Assembly: GCA_041496385.1 (NCBI GenBank)
Contig: JBGQEL010000027.1
Span: 1 to 44,708 of the forward strand
Reading direction: 5' to 3'
Source of the DNA: Candidatus Methylomirabilia bacterium
GTDB taxonomy: Bacteria > Methylomirabilota > Methylomirabilia > Rokubacteriales > CSP1-6
Length of the DNA stretch: 44,708 bases
Shown: positions 28,389-38,437 of the stretch, piece after piece
How positions within the stretch are numbered: position 1 is the stretch's first letter
Layout of the letters: each line of letters opens with the position of its first letter
Translations under genes and position numbers: made by a program
The notes under the pieces: generated by a model
The model's input: the letters and a program-made list of their open reading frames with translations, nothing else
Databases searched by the model: none
What the model was told of the DNA's origin: nothing

Positions 28389-29348
28389 ATGTCGAAGTAT
28401 CTGGTCCGGCGCGTGCTGATCTCGATCCCGGTCCTGCTCGGAATCAGCCTCGTCCTCTTCACGATCCTGGCGCTGGCCCCGGGCGACCCGTTCGAGGAGC
28501 TGGCGACGAACGCCAACGTGCCGTCCGAGGTGCGCGCCAACCTCCGCGCGAAGTTCGGCCTCGACGACCCCCTGCCCGTGCGCTACGCGCGCTGGTTCGG
28601 GTCCATGCTCCGCGGCGACTGGGGCTTCTCCTTCGTGAGCCGCGTCAACGTGGACACCCTCATCCTGCAGCGCCTGCCCACCACGCTCTTCGTCCTCGGC
28701 GCGGCGCAGCTTCTCGCGATCCTCATCGCCGTGCCCATCGGCACCTACTCCGCCTTCCGCCCGTACTCGACCTTCGACCAGATCGCGACGACCATCGCGT
28801 TCTTCGGGTTCTCGTTACCGACCTTCTTCACCGGGCTCCTCTTCATCCTGCTGTTCAGCATCACCCTGGACTGGCTGCCCTTCATCTACCGCGCCGACAT
28901 CAGCGCGACCGGCTGGCGGTGGTGGTGGGAGCATGCGCGGCAGGCGATCATGCCCGTCGCCGTGCTGGGGCTCTTCCAGGCGGCCGTGATGACGCGCTTC
29001 ATGCGCGCGGCGGTCCTCGACGTGATCCGGCTCGACTACGTCAACACGGCGCGCGCCAAGGGGCTGTCGGAGCGGACCACGCTGATCCGGCACGTCGTCC
29101 GGAACGCGCTGATCCCGGTGGTGACGCTCGTCGCGCTGCAGATCCCGAACATCTTCGGCGGCGCGATCGTCACCGAGCAGATCTTCCGCGTCCCGGGCAT
29201 CGGCTCCCTGCTGATCAGCTCGATCTTCGCCAACGACACGCCGGTCGTCATGGCCGTCACCTTCGTCTACTCGGGCCTGGTCGTCGCCTCCAGCCTCGCG
29301 GCCGATCTGCTCTACGGCTGGCTCGACCCGCGGATCTCGTACCGATGA
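28389..29348 (+). CDS. Peptide ABC transporter permease (OppB/DppB type)
   Basis: LAPGDP, GDWGFS, TARAKGL and EQIFRVPGIG motifs. Confidence 0.92.
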   Translation: MSKYLVRRVLISIPVLLGISLVLFTILALAPGDPFEELATNANVPSEVRANLRAKFGLDDPLPVRYARWFGSMLRGDWGFSFVSRVNVDTLILQRLPTTLFVLGAAQLLAILIAVPIGTYSAFRPYSTFDQIATTIAFFGFSLPTFFTGLLFILLFSITLDWLPFIYRADISATGWRWWWEHARQAIMPVAVLGLFQAAVMTRFMRAAVLDVIRLDYVNTARAKGLSERTTLIRHVVRNALIPVVTLVALQIPNIFGGAIVTEQIFRVPGIGSLLISSIFANDTPVVMAVTFVYSGLVVASSLAADLLYGWLDPRISYR

Positions 29349-29359
29349 GGCGGCGCCCA

Positions 29360-29430
29360 GCCCCTCGGCTCGGATCAAGAACCATCTCACCGCTCGCCTC
29401 GCGGCGCGGCGCCCCTCGGCTCGCACTGCC
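29360..29430. repeat. Short intergenic repeat element (REP-like)
   Basis: GCCCCTCGGCTCG occurs twice here (29360, 29411); CTCGGCTCGCACTGCC at 29415-29430 is identical to 2504-2519. Confidence 0.45.
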
Positions 29431-30360
29431 ATGACAACCGCCGTCGCCGCGAAGCTGCCCGTCGCCGCGGCCGAGCCGAGCGCCTCGCTCTGGCGCGAGG
29501 CCGCGCGGCGCTTCCGGCGCCACCGCCTCGCGATGGTCGGCATGGTGGTCCTGCTCGCGCTGATCGCCGGCGTCCTCGCGGGTCCCGCCGTCTGGCGCGT
29601 GCCGATCGACGAGATCGACTTCAAGGCGAAGCTCCAGGGACCGTCGCGGCCGCACCCGCTCGGCACGGACGACCTCGGCCAGGACCTCCTGGCGCGGATG
29701 CTCTACGGCGGCCGGATCTCGCTCGCGGTCGGCGTCACGGCGATGCTGCTCGCGATCTCGATCGGGACCATCGTCGGCGCCACGTCCGGGTACGTGGGCG
29801 GCGCCGTGGACCACGCGCTCATGCGCCTGACCGACCTCTGTCTCTCGCTGCCGTCGCTGCCGCTGCTGCTGCTGATCGTCTACCTCTTCCGCGACTCCCT
29901 GCGGAAGACGTTCGGCCCCGAGGCGGGCATCTTCCTGATGGTCGTCACGGTCATCGGCAGCCTGCGCTGGATGTCCGTCGCTCGCCTCGTGCGCGCCCAG
30001 TTCCTCTCGCTCCGCGAGAAGGAGTTCGTCGAGGCGGCCCGGAGCCTGGGCGCACGGCCAATCCGGCAGGTGATCCGCCACATCCTGCCGAACGCGATGG
30101 GCCCGGTGATCGTCGCCGGCTCGCTCGAGGTCGCCGCGGCGATCATCGCCGAGTCGACGCTCTCGTTCCTCGGCCTCGGCTTCCCGTCGGACGTCCCGAC
30201 GTGGGGGCGGCTGCTCTCCGACGCCAAGGACAACCTCGACTTCGCGCCCCACTGGGCGATCTTCCCGGGCACCGCGATCTTTCTCACGGTCCTCGCCATC
30301 AACTACATCGGCGACGGGCTCCGGGACGCGCTCGATCCACGCAAGGTGCTGGCCCGCTAG
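29431..30360 (+). CDS. Peptide ABC transporter permease (OppC/DppC type)
   Basis: HPLGTDDLGQD, EFVEAARSLGA and GDGLRDALDP motifs. Confidence 0.92.
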   Translation: MTTAVAAKLPVAAAEPSASLWREAARRFRRHRLAMVGMVVLLALIAGVLAGPAVWRVPIDEIDFKAKLQGPSRPHPLGTDDLGQDLLARMLYGGRISLAVGVTAMLLAISIGTIVGATSGYVGGAVDHALMRLTDLCLSLPSLPLLLLIVYLFRDSLRKTFGPEAGIFLMVVTVIGSLRWMSVARLVRAQFLSLREKEFVEAARSLGARPIRQVIRHILPNAMGPVIVAGSLEVAAAIIAESTLSFLGLGFPSDVPTWGRLLSDAKDNLDFAPHWAIFPGTAIFLTVLAINYIGDGLRDALDPRKVLAR

Positions 30361-30378
30361 CTCCGGAGAGGGATTCCG

Positions 30379-31800
30379 ATGACCGACACCGATCTCTGCT
30401 TCACGCCCGCGGTGGAGCTCGCCGCGCTGGTCCGCCGCCGCAAAGTCTCGCCGCTCGAGGTGACGCGCGCCGTCCTGGCGCGGATCGCGCGGGTGAACCC
30501 GCCGCTCAACGCGTACTGCACGGTGGCTGCCGAGCAGGCGCTCGCGGCCGCGCGGCGGGCCACGGCGGCGCTGAAGCGGCGCGCGAACCTGGGCCCGCTC
30601 CACGGCGTGCCCGTCTCGATCAAGGACCTCACGCTCACGAAAGGCATCCGGACCACCGAGGGCTCGAAGATCTACGAGCACCGCGTGCCCGAGCAGGACG
30701 CGCTCGTCGTCGAGCGCCTGAAGGCGGCGGGCGCGATCGTGCTGGGCAAGACGAACACGCCCGAGTTCGGCGCGGGGGCCAACACGTTCAACGCGGTCTT
30801 CGGCGCGACCCGCAACCCGTGGAACCCCGCGCTCACCTGCGGCGGCTCGACGGGCGGCGGGGCCGTCGCGCTCGCGACCGGTATGGGACAGCTCGCCCAG
30901 GGGTCCGATCTCGGCGGCTCGCTCCGGATCCCCGCCGCCTTCTGCGGCGTCGTGGGCTTTCGGACGTCGCCCGGCCTCGTCCCCGTCTGGCCGGCCACGC
31001 TCGCCTGGGAGCCGTGGAGCGTCCAGGGGCCCATGGCGCGGACCGTCGCCGACACCGCGCTGATGCTCGCCGCCATCGCGGGCGCCGACCCGCGGGCGCC
31101 GCTCTCCTACGAGGTCGACACGCGCGCCTTCACCGCGGCGGTGCGCGCGCCCAAGCTCCGGGGCGCGCGCGTCGCGTGGGGCGGCGGCCTCGGCGTGACG
31201 CCCGTGGATCATGAAATTCTCGAGATCTGCCACGCGAGCCTCGAGGTCTTCAGAAAGCTCGGCTGCCGGGTCGGCGAGGAGCATCCCGACATGACGGGCG
31301 TGAGAGAGGTCGTGCTCGTCAGCCGCGGCCTCAGCGTGGCCGCGCGTCATGGCGAAAAACTACAGCAGTGGCGATCTGTTATGCAGGAGAACCTGGTAAA
31401 GAACATCGAGTATGGGCTGAGCCTCGAGCCTGCCGAGATCGGGCGTGCCGAACGGCGGCGGACGGAGATCTGGCAAGGGGTCCGCGAGTTCTTCGGACGC
31501 TACGACTTCATCGTCACGCCGACCGCCGCGGTCCCGCCCTTCCCCGTCGAGACCGTCTCTCCGAAGGAGATCAACGGCAAGCCCATGACGAGCTACATCG
31601 AGTGGGCGCTGCTGACCTACTGCTTCACGGCGGTGGGGCTGCCGGCGATCTCGATTCCCTGCGGCTTCACCGCGGCGGGCCTGCCGGTCGGCCTGCAGAT
31701 CGTCGGCCGCTGGCGCGACGAGGCCGGCGTGCTGCGCGCCGCCGCGGCGTTCGAGGCCGCGCGGCCCTGGACGCATCTCCGCCCGCCGAAGCCGGCGTGA
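30379..31800 (+). CDS. Amidase signature family protein
   Basis: GPLHGVPVSIKD, GKTNTPEF, GGSTGG and GSDLGGSLRIPA motifs. Confidence 0.92.
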   Translation: MTDTDLCFTPAVELAALVRRRKVSPLEVTRAVLARIARVNPPLNAYCTVAAEQALAAARRATAALKRRANLGPLHGVPVSIKDLTLTKGIRTTEGSKIYEHRVPEQDALVVERLKAAGAIVLGKTNTPEFGAGANTFNAVFGATRNPWNPALTCGGSTGGGAVALATGMGQLAQGSDLGGSLRIPAAFCGVVGFRTSPGLVPVWPATLAWEPWSVQGPMARTVADTALMLAAIAGADPRAPLSYEVDTRAFTAAVRAPKLRGARVAWGGGLGVTPVDHEILEICHASLEVFRKLGCRVGEEHPDMTGVREVVLVSRGLSVAARHGEKLQQWRSVMQENLVKNIEYGLSLEPAEIGRAERRRTEIWQGVREFFGRYDFIVTPTAAVPPFPVETVSPKEINGKPMTSYIEWALLTYCFTAVGLPAISIPCGFTAAGLPVGLQIVGRWRDEAGVLRAAAAFEAARPWTHLRPPKPA

Positions 31801-31803
31801 GCC

Positions 31804-33351
31804 TCACGGGCTGACGCGCCGCAGCCGCCCGTCCTCGACGGGCGCGATCGTTCCCTGCCGGGCGATCGCGTCGAGGACGAGGTCGGCGAGCTGGGGACCG
31901 CTCTCCTCGTCCACCAGCACCCTGGCCCGCGCGAACTCGGCGAACCCGTCACCGCCGTGGAACAGGTAGCTCGGGATCGCCACGCTGTACGTCGCGTCCG
32001 GGGCCAGGGGCCGGTCCCCGACCTCGACGCTCACGATCCGGCCGCCCGCGGGGCGCTCCGGATCCCAGGTCAGCCTGAGCCCGGACACCTGGAGGAAGCC
32101 GCCGCCCTCGTGGTCGGCCTGGCCGAGCCCGTGCTCGAGCGCGGTCCGGAGCCGGGCACCCGGCATCTCGAGCTTCACGATCACAGTGGTGAACGGCAGG
32201 AGCCCGTGGACGTCGCGCTTGGTGAGCGGGCCCGCGGGCACCGTGCGGTTGGTCCGGATCGCGCCGCCGTTCAGGAGCGCGACGTCGCTCCCGAGCCGCG
32301 CGCGCACGAGGTCGACGATGAAGTCTCCGAGGTTCGTCTCCGCGGTGCGGACCTTCGACGAGCGCGCCTCGAGCGGCACCGCGGTGGCGCCGATCGTGAC
32401 GTCGAGCTCCCCCTCGAGCCTCGCCGTGTAGCTCCGCACGAGGGCCTCGACAGCCGGGTCCGGGGGGACGCGCGGGCTCACCTCGCGGAAGCGCGCGGAG
32501 CGCTCGACGAGCGCGCCATCGCGCCCCAGCCACAGATCCACCTGGACGAGGTAGCGGCCGTCGGACCCCGCCTTGGTGACGAGCGCGCGCCCCTCCTCGG
32601 CCATCATCGGGTCGTGCTCGTGGCCGCCGAGGATCACGTCCACGCCGTCCGACGCGGCGAGCGCCTTGTCGTGGGCCATGTCCTGGTGAGTCACGGCCAC
32701 GACGAGCTTCGCCCCGCCCGCCCGAAGGTCCGCGGCGATCGCGCGCCCGACGACCGCCGGGTCGCCGAAGACGAGGTCCGGTCCCGGGCTCGAGGTCACC
32801 GCGCTCTCCGGCATGGTCAGGCCGAGGAAGCCGACCGCGATTCCGTCGAACGTCAGCAGGAGGCTCGGCCGGGCGCCGCCGAACACGCGGCCGGTGCGCC
32901 GGTCGATGACGTTCGACGCGAGCCAGGCGAACCTCGACTCGGCGACGCGCCGGGCGAGGACGGCCGGGCCGAAGTCGAACTCGTGGTTGCCGAAGACCGC
33001 CAGGTCGAGCCCGATCGCGTTCAGCGCGGCGACCATCTGCTCGCCCTTCAGGAACGAGGACATGACGGAGGGCGAGAGGGCGTCGCCCGCGAGGACGAAG
33101 ACCGTGTTCGGGTTCTCCCGCCGCGCCGCGCGCGCGAGCGTGGCGAGGCGCGCCATCCCGCCGCGGCGGCCGTCATCCACGGGCTCGAGCGTGTAGACGT
33201 CGTTGATCTGCAGCAGCGTCACGTGGACGAGGCTCCCCTCGCGGCCGGGAACCGTCGCGCAGGCGACGAGGACGAGCGCGGCGAGGAGGAGCGCCGCGCG
33301 GACGACGGAGCGGGGCCTGGTGCCAGTCAGTTGAGTCCGCGCACCTTCCAC
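31804..33351 (-). CDS. 5'-nucleotidase / calcineurin-like metallophosphoesterase lipoprotein
   Basis: Lipobox LVAC; INDVY, AGD, GNHEFD, GGHEH and NGGAIR motifs. Start uncertain (GTG 33351 or CTG 33330). Confidence 0.88.
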   Translation of the reverse strand: MEGARTQLTGTRPRSVVRAALLLAALVLVACATVPGREGSLVHVTLLQINDVYTLEPVDDGRRGGMARLATLARAARRENPNTVFVLAGDALSPSVMSSFLKGEQMVAALNAIGLDLAVFGNHEFDFGPAVLARRVAESRFAWLASNVIDRRTGRVFGGARPSLLLTFDGIAVGFLGLTMPESAVTSSPGPDLVFGDPAVVGRAIAADLRAGGAKLVVAVTHQDMAHDKALAASDGVDVILGGHEHDPMMAEEGRALVTKAGSDGRYLVQVDLWLGRDGALVERSARFREVSPRVPPDPAVEALVRSYTARLEGELDVTIGATAVPLEARSSKVRTAETNLGDFIVDLVRARLGSDVALLNGGAIRTNRTVPAGPLTKRDVHGLLPFTTVIVKLEMPGARLRTALEHGLGQADHEGGGFLQVSGLRLTWDPERPAGGRIVSVEVGDRPLAPDATYSVAIPSYLFHGGDGFAEFARARVLVDEESGPQLADLVLDAIARQGTIAPVEDGRLRRVSP

Positions 33352-34604
33352 TGGTGGTCCGGGCGACGGTGCAGGCGCCGCGCGAGGTACCGTCCGGCGC
33401 GGTCCATGTCCCCCGCGCGGAAACACGCCTCGAGGAACGTGTCGTGGAAGACGTCGCGCTGGGCGCGGCTGCCGCCGAGCCCGATGATCCGCTCTTCGAG
33501 GGGCTCGAGGAGCCCCACCGCCGCCGGATAGTTCCCGCGGGCGAACGCGTGGATGCCCTCGACGAGCGGCACCAGGACCTCGCCGGTGAGGCCCGAGCGG
33601 TCCTTGGCGCGCCGCTCGCGCAGCATCCCCAGCTGGGTCTCCGCGGTCGCCCAGTCGCCGCCGGCCGCCAGGGCCATCGCGAGGTGGGCCGCGTGGAAGA
33701 GCAGCGCCTGGCGGTCGAGGCGCTGCGCCGCGATCGCGGCGAACGGCCGCCACCGGTCGCCCGGGTCCCGGCCGACGAGCCCGAGGCGCCAGAGCAGCGA
33801 GATCGAGTCGTGGAGGTCGCCCGCAATCGACGAGGGCGCGCGCTCGAACGCCGCGCGCCCCAGCTCGGAGGCGCCCTCGTAGTCGCCGCGCCCGAAGTGC
33901 ATGAGGCTCAGGTGCCAGAGGAGGTGGTTCCGGAACCAGTTCAGGTTCGTGCACGGCTCGATCGCGGACGGCAGCCGCGCGATGCCCGTCTCGAACGCCG
34001 CCATCTCGTAGAGCGCGTGCGCGAACGCGTGGATGGACCAGGCGTCGATCGGGTTCTTCAGGATCGCCGCCTGCGCGAGCCGCACCGCCTCGTCGCACCG
34101 TCCCGCCTGCTCCAGGGCGAACGCGTGCATGCCCATCATGAACGAGCTGCCCGGGTGGTGGCGCGCCAGCACCGCCGCGAGGTCGAGCATCTCGGGGAAC
34201 TTCCCCTGCCAGAACCAGATGTAGTAGAGGCGCTGGAAGACGACGAGGTCGCGCGGATGGTCGACCAGATGCGCGCGCATCGCCGCCTCGGCGTCGCGCG
34301 TCCGGCCCTCCACGAGGAGCGCCAGCGCCTCGACGTGGGCGCGCTCACGTGGCGTCTGGGCGGCGGCGGCCGCGCGCGCCGCGGCCGCCGCCTCGCGCGC
34401 CTCGGCGAAGCGCTCGTCGAGGAAGAGGCACACCGCCTCGCCCGCGTGCGCCAGGGCGAGCGCGGGGTCGGCCGCGCGCGCCGCGCGGAAGCGGTCGAGC
34501 GCCCGCGCGTCCCAGCCGAGCAGGCCCTCGACCGCCAGGTCGTACGTCTCGAGCGCCGTACTCGACGCCGTCGTCAGGGGCAGGCCGTACGCGTCCGTTC
34601 GCAT
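33327..34604 (-). CDS. TTC38-like tetratricopeptide-repeat protein
   Basis: MRTDAYGLPLT, AFALEQ, DAWSIHAFAH, HLLWH, SLLWRL and GGSRAQRDVF motifs; ATG at 34604. Confidence 0.85.
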   Translation of the reverse strand: MRTDAYGLPLTTASSTALETYDLAVEGLLGWDARALDRFRAARAADPALALAHAGEAVCLFLDERFAEAREAAAAARAAAAAQTPRERAHVEALALLVEGRTRDAEAAMRAHLVDHPRDLVVFQRLYYIWFWQGKFPEMLDLAAVLARHHPGSSFMMGMHAFALEQAGRCDEAVRLAQAAILKNPIDAWSIHAFAHALYEMAAFETGIARLPSAIEPCTNLNWFRNHLLWHLSLMHFGRGDYEGASELGRAAFERAPSSIAGDLHDSISLLWRLGLVGRDPGDRWRPFAAIAAQRLDRQALLFHAAHLAMALAAGGDWATAETQLGMLRERRAKDRSGLTGEVLVPLVEGIHAFARGNYPAAVGLLEPLEERIIGLGGSRAQRDVFHDTFLEACFRAGDMDRAGRYLARRLHRRPDHQWKVRGLN

Positions 34605-34614
34605 CCCGGGCAAT

Positions 34615-35616
34615 CTAGCAGATGCGCTGCTGAGCGGCGAGCGTCGCGCCCAGGAACTCGAGGGCGCGCCGCTCCGCCCACGAGCCGACGCGCCAGGGCC
34701 AGCGGCCGTCGAGGAATCCGGCGTGGCCACCCCACGACAGGAACTCGGCCCGTACCCAGCGGGATAGCGTCGCCGGGTCGGGCAGCACCTCGCGCGGCAC
34801 GATCGGATCGTCCAGCGCGCTGATGAGGAGCGTCGGCCGCCGGATGCGCGCCAGGTACGGGCCGCAGGACGCCCGGACCCAGTAATCGCGCTCGTCAGCG
34901 AAGCCGTTGAGCGGGGCGGTGACGGCGCGGTCGTACTCGGCGAAGGTTCGCGCGCGGAGCGCGAGCCCGAGGTCGACGCGTGGCGCGAAGTCCGGGTCCC
35001 GCGCGGCCTTGGCGCGCACCTTGGCGCGCATCGTGGCGAGGAAGTTTTCTCCGTAGACGCGACGCTTGACACCGCGATCGAGCTCGCGCGCGCACGGACC
35101 GAGAGCGAACGGCACCGAGACGCCGACGGCCGCGGCCACCTGTTGGGGCGCCGCGCCACCCCGCTCGCCGAGCCACTTGAGCAGCACGTTGCCGCCGAGC
35201 GAGACCCCGGCGGCCACGATCGGCGCCGCCCCGTCGCGGCCGCAGAGGAGGTCGACCACGTGGCCGAGGTCCTCGGTGTCACCGGAGTGGTAGAAGCGCG
35301 GCGCGCGGTTCAGCTCGCCGCTGCACGAGCGGAAGTTCAGTGTGACGGCGCGCCAGCCGCGCGCCACGGCCTGGCGCATGAGGCCGACGGCGTAGTGCGA
35401 GCGCGACGAGCCTTCGAGGCCGTGGAGCACGAGCAGGAGGGGCCCGCCGGGCGCCGCCGGCGCATCCGCCCAGTCCAGATCGACGAAATCGCCGTCCCGC
35501 GTTGGAATCCGCTCGCGCCGGAGAGGAATGCGGACGCGCCGGAAGAGGGGGCCCCAGACGGTCTGCGCGTGGCCGCCCCGGCACCACCAGGGCGGCCGCG
35601 TTCCGCGCGCGTCTAC
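34615..35616 (-). CDS. YheT-family alpha/beta hydrolase
   Basis: GHAQT, DGDFVDLDW, LHGLEGSS, GVSLGG, DDP and GGH motifs. No ATG/GTG/TTG at the expected N-terminus, so the 5' end is uncertain. Confidence 0.85.
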   Translation of the reverse strand, partial: VDARGTRPPWWCRGGHAQTVWGPLFRRVRIPLRRERIPTRDGDFVDLDWADAPAAPGGPLLLVLHGLEGSSRSHYAVGLMRQAVARGWRAVTLNFRSCSGELNRAPRFYHSGDTEDLGHVVDLLCGRDGAAPIVAAGVSLGGNVLLKWLGERGGAAPQQVAAAVGVSVPFALGPCARELDRGVKRRVYGENFLATMRAKVRAKAARDPDFAPRVDLGLALRARTFAEYDRAVTAPLNGFADERDYWVRASCGPYLARIRRPTLLISALDDPIVPREVLPDPATLSRWVRAEFLSWGGHAGFLDGRWPWRVGSWAERRALEFLGATLAAQQRIC

Positions 35617-36143
35617 GCCTGGCCCTGCAGCAGGAGCTTCGCGATCTCCGGCGCGATCTCCCGGGCGCGCTGGTCGAGCTGCGCGTCGGTCAGGTTCGCG
35701 ATCGGATGCGGCAGCATCAGGAACTTGTATGTCGGCACGCCCCATTGTTCGGCCATCGCCCTTCCGGTCGCCTCGAACACGTCGGTCACGATCGAGGCCG
35801 AGGGCACGCTGTGCTTCTCCAGCAGGATTCCGTCGAGCACACTGCCCGACGAGCAGGACCCTCAGTCGCCGATGCCCGCGACCACGACGTCGCAGGACTT
35901 GCGGATCTCCTGGATGATCTCGTCGTGCGCCGGCACCGACGAGTTGTGCTTGCGGAACATCTTCCAGTCCGCCGCGCCGTACTCCCGCTTGAGGATGTCG
36001 CCGATCCGGACGAGCAGCTTGTCCGAGTTGAACTTGGTGTTCTCGACCAGGCCGATGCGCTTGCCCTGGAGCGAGCGCGGCCGGTCCACGTAGGCGATCG
36101 GTTGGGCCCGGGTCTCGACCCGCGGATCGAGCAGCTCCATCAT
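35613..36143 (-). CDS. UGSC-family selenoprotein
   Basis: ORFs 35862..36143 and 35613..35840 are in frame across TGA 35864-35862: VAGIGD-U-GSCSSGSVLDG (U at residue 94). Confidence 0.9.
35831..35851 (-). promoter_or_regulatory. SECIS-like hairpin of the UGSC gene
   Basis: Minus strand CGTCGGGCA-GTG-TGCTCGACG, 9-bp stem with one G-U pair, 10 nt after the UGA; loop begins with G. Confidence 0.7.
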
Positions 36144-37177
36144 CGCTTGACCTCCTTGGTCACGGCCTGTGAACTCTTGGCGCTCGCCCAGCCGGGGATG
36201 TACGCCGAGAATGCGCCCGCGCGGCCGCCCGCCGCGAGCACCAGGATGTCGTCGGGTGAGGCCACGAGGGGCCGGAGCTTCTCCTCGTCGCCGGCCTGGA
36301 TCGGCCCCGGCATGCGCTGCGTGCGCTTGAGGTGCGCGTGGGAATTCTGCGTGTGCTCCCAGACGAACTGCCGGATCCGCTTCTTGTCCCAGCCGTCGCC
36401 GGCGATCGTGCGCATGTGCTCGCCGGCCAGGACGAGCGCGTAGTGGGGCTGCCCCATCACGTTGCCCGAGACCCGCATGTCGTCGGCGAGCGTGGTGAGC
36501 ACGCCCTCGGCTCCGCTGGAGAGCTGGTTGTAGAACTGGTGCGGCGCCTCCGCGGCCATCACCGTGACCGTGGACTGCTCCGGCCGGAAGCCGCGCTCGA
36601 CGTGGAGCGGCGCCCAGGGGCTCTCCCTCTCGTTCTCGGCGATCACGTACGAGAGCTTGCCGGGGTGGCCGAGCGTGCCACGGTCGAGCGTGCCCGGCAC
36701 CGAGCCGCAGACGTTGCGCATCACGAGCCGCAGCGCGCGGCCCAGCGTGAGGTTGGCGCGCCAGCCCGGACCGAACAGGTTGTCGCCCGCGTTGATGTCG
36801 AGCTCGCGCGCGATCGGCCCGTTGACGATCATGAGCACCGCCGCGCCGCCCGTGGAGGTCCCGGGGCCGTGGTAGCCCCAGCGCGGGTCGGCGATGCCCT
36901 CGACGGCCGCGACGACGACGGGCATGTGCTCCGGCCGGCAGCCCGCCATCACCGCGTTGATCGCGACCTTCTCGGCGGTGATGGACACGTCGCGGTGGGT
37001 GACGAAGCCGAGCTCGTGCTCGGGATCGAGCCGCGCGGCCTCGAGCAGCGCGCGCACGCGATCCTCGGTCGGTGGAACCACGGGCAGGCCGTCCGTCCAG
37101 CCCTGCTCGAAGCAGAACTCGATCGCGTCGGTGACGTCCGGGACCTTGTAGCGCTTCGACGTGAGCGTGGCAGCCAT
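36140..37177 (-). CDS. Conserved uncharacterised protein associated with UGSC domains
   Basis: GWTDGLPVVPPT, EKVAINAVMAGC, VNGP, RANLTLGRA and GHPGK motifs; ATG 37177 with SD GGAGG; ATGA overlap with the UGSC gene. Confidence 0.8.
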   Translation of the reverse strand: MAATLTSKRYKVPDVTDAIEFCFEQGWTDGLPVVPPTEDRVRALLEAARLDPEHELGFVTHRDVSITAEKVAINAVMAGCRPEHMPVVVAAVEGIADPRWGYHGPGTSTGGAAVLMIVNGPIARELDINAGDNLFGPGWRANLTLGRALRLVMRNVCGSVPGTLDRGTLGHPGKLSYVIAENERESPWAPLHVERGFRPEQSTVTVMAAEAPHQFYNQLSSGAEGVLTTLADDMRVSGNVMGQPHYALVLAGEHMRTIAGDGWDKKRIRQFVWEHTQNSHAHLKRTQRMPGPIQAGDEEKLRPLVASPDDILVLAAGGRAGAFSAYIPGWASAKSSQAVTKEVKR

Positions 37178-37202
37178 GCGCCCCTCCGTGATGCGAGCCA
37201 CG

Positions 37203-38378
37203 CTACCACCGCCCGCCGGAGGGAGCAAGCGCGCCGGGGCGGCGCACGAGCGTCGCGAGCGCGCCCGCCGCGACGGCCGCCGCGGCGAGGAGGAACGCCT
37301 CGCCGTGCGCCGCCTGGAAGCCGACCACCTCGCGGCGGAGGGCAACGACCTGGGCGAACCCGGCGACGCCCGTGACCACGCCGAGCGTGCGCGCCAGGAA
37401 CGTGAAGCCGCCCGCCGCGCCCTGCTGGCCCGCCGGGAACGCGGCCAACACGAGCGTCATGTTCGGCACCTGGAACGCGCCGAGCCCGAAGCCCGCGGCG
37501 AAGAGGGCCAGCGCCAGCAGTCCCGCGGGTGTCTCGGCGCCGGCGCGGCTCAGGACGAGGAGGCCCAGCGCCTCGAGCGCGAGTCCCGCGATCATCGGCG
37601 GGCGCGGGCCGAGGCGCCCGGCGAGCCGTCCGGCGAGCGGCGCGGCGGCCGCCATGCCGAGCGGCGTGAGCATGAAGAGCGCGCCGCCCAGCGTGGCCGA
37701 GAAGCCGCGCGCGCTCACGAGGTAGAAGGGCGTCAGGAGCCAGATGGCGAAGATCGAGGCGTTCGCGACGAAGGACAGGGCGCCCGGCCCCAGGACCGCG
37801 CCGCGCAGCACGTCGCGCGCGGCGACGAGCCGCGGCGCGCCCGCCGCGCGCCGCGCGCGCCGGACGAGGGCCCAGCCGGCGAGGCCGAGCGCCAGCGGCA
37901 GCCGCGCGTGGAAGACCGCTCGCCACCCGAGCGTATCCACCAGCAGGCCGGCCGCGAGCGGCCCCGCGGCGAGGCCGAGCCCGATCGCCGCGCTCAGGAA
38001 GCCGACGCGCCGCGCGCGGGCCGCCGGCTCGGTCCCGAGCGTCACGAGCGCCGGCGCCGTACCGTAGACGAGTCCGCCGCCGAGCCCCTGCACCGCGCGC
38101 CCCGCGAGCAGCGCCCCGAACGCGGGCGCCCACGCGCAGAGCCCGAAGCCCAGCGCGCTCACGACGAGACCCACGCGCAGGACCGCGAGGTGGCCAAGCC
38201 GGTCCGCCGCCGCGCCGCCGACGAACGACGTGACGGCGTAGGTGCCGACGTAGCAGATGATGACCCAGCGCACGCGCTCCGGCGGGACGTCGAAGGTCGC
38301 CGCCATCGCCGGCAGCGCGATGTTCACCATGGAGTCGAGCGAGACGACGAAGGCGCCCGCCGCCGCGATCCATTTCAC
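37203..38378 (-). CDS. MFS transporter (DHA2/EmrB-like)
   Basis: LDSMVNIALP, GAAADRLG and GRAVQGLG motifs; many TM helices; GTG start at 38378. Confidence 0.88.
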   Translation of the reverse strand: MKWIAAAGAFVVSLDSMVNIALPAMAATFDVPPERVRWVIICYVGTYAVTSFVGGAAADRLGHLAVLRVGLVVSALGFGLCAWAPAFGALLAGRAVQGLGGGLVYGTAPALVTLGTEPAARARRVGFLSAAIGLGLAAGPLAAGLLVDTLGWRAVFHARLPLALGLAGWALVRRARRAAGAPRLVAARDVLRGAVLGPGALSFVANASIFAIWLLTPFYLVSARGFSATLGGALFMLTPLGMAAAAPLAGRLAGRLGPRPPMIAGLALEALGLLVLSRAGAETPAGLLALALFAAGFGLGAFQVPNMTLVLAAFPAGQQGAAGGFTFLARTLGVVTGVAGFAQVVALRREVVGFQAAHGEAFLLAAAAVAAGALATLVRRPGALAPSGGRW

Positions 38379-38437
38379 GGCCCGTATGATGGCACGCTCT
38401 TGCCCTTCCGCCTCCACTCGCGGTACAAGCATGGCCC

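Noticed and set aside
31350..31425. Locally AT-richer patch inside the amidase gene
   Set aside because: Frame is intact, there are no flanking repeats, and it is too short to call a foreign insert.
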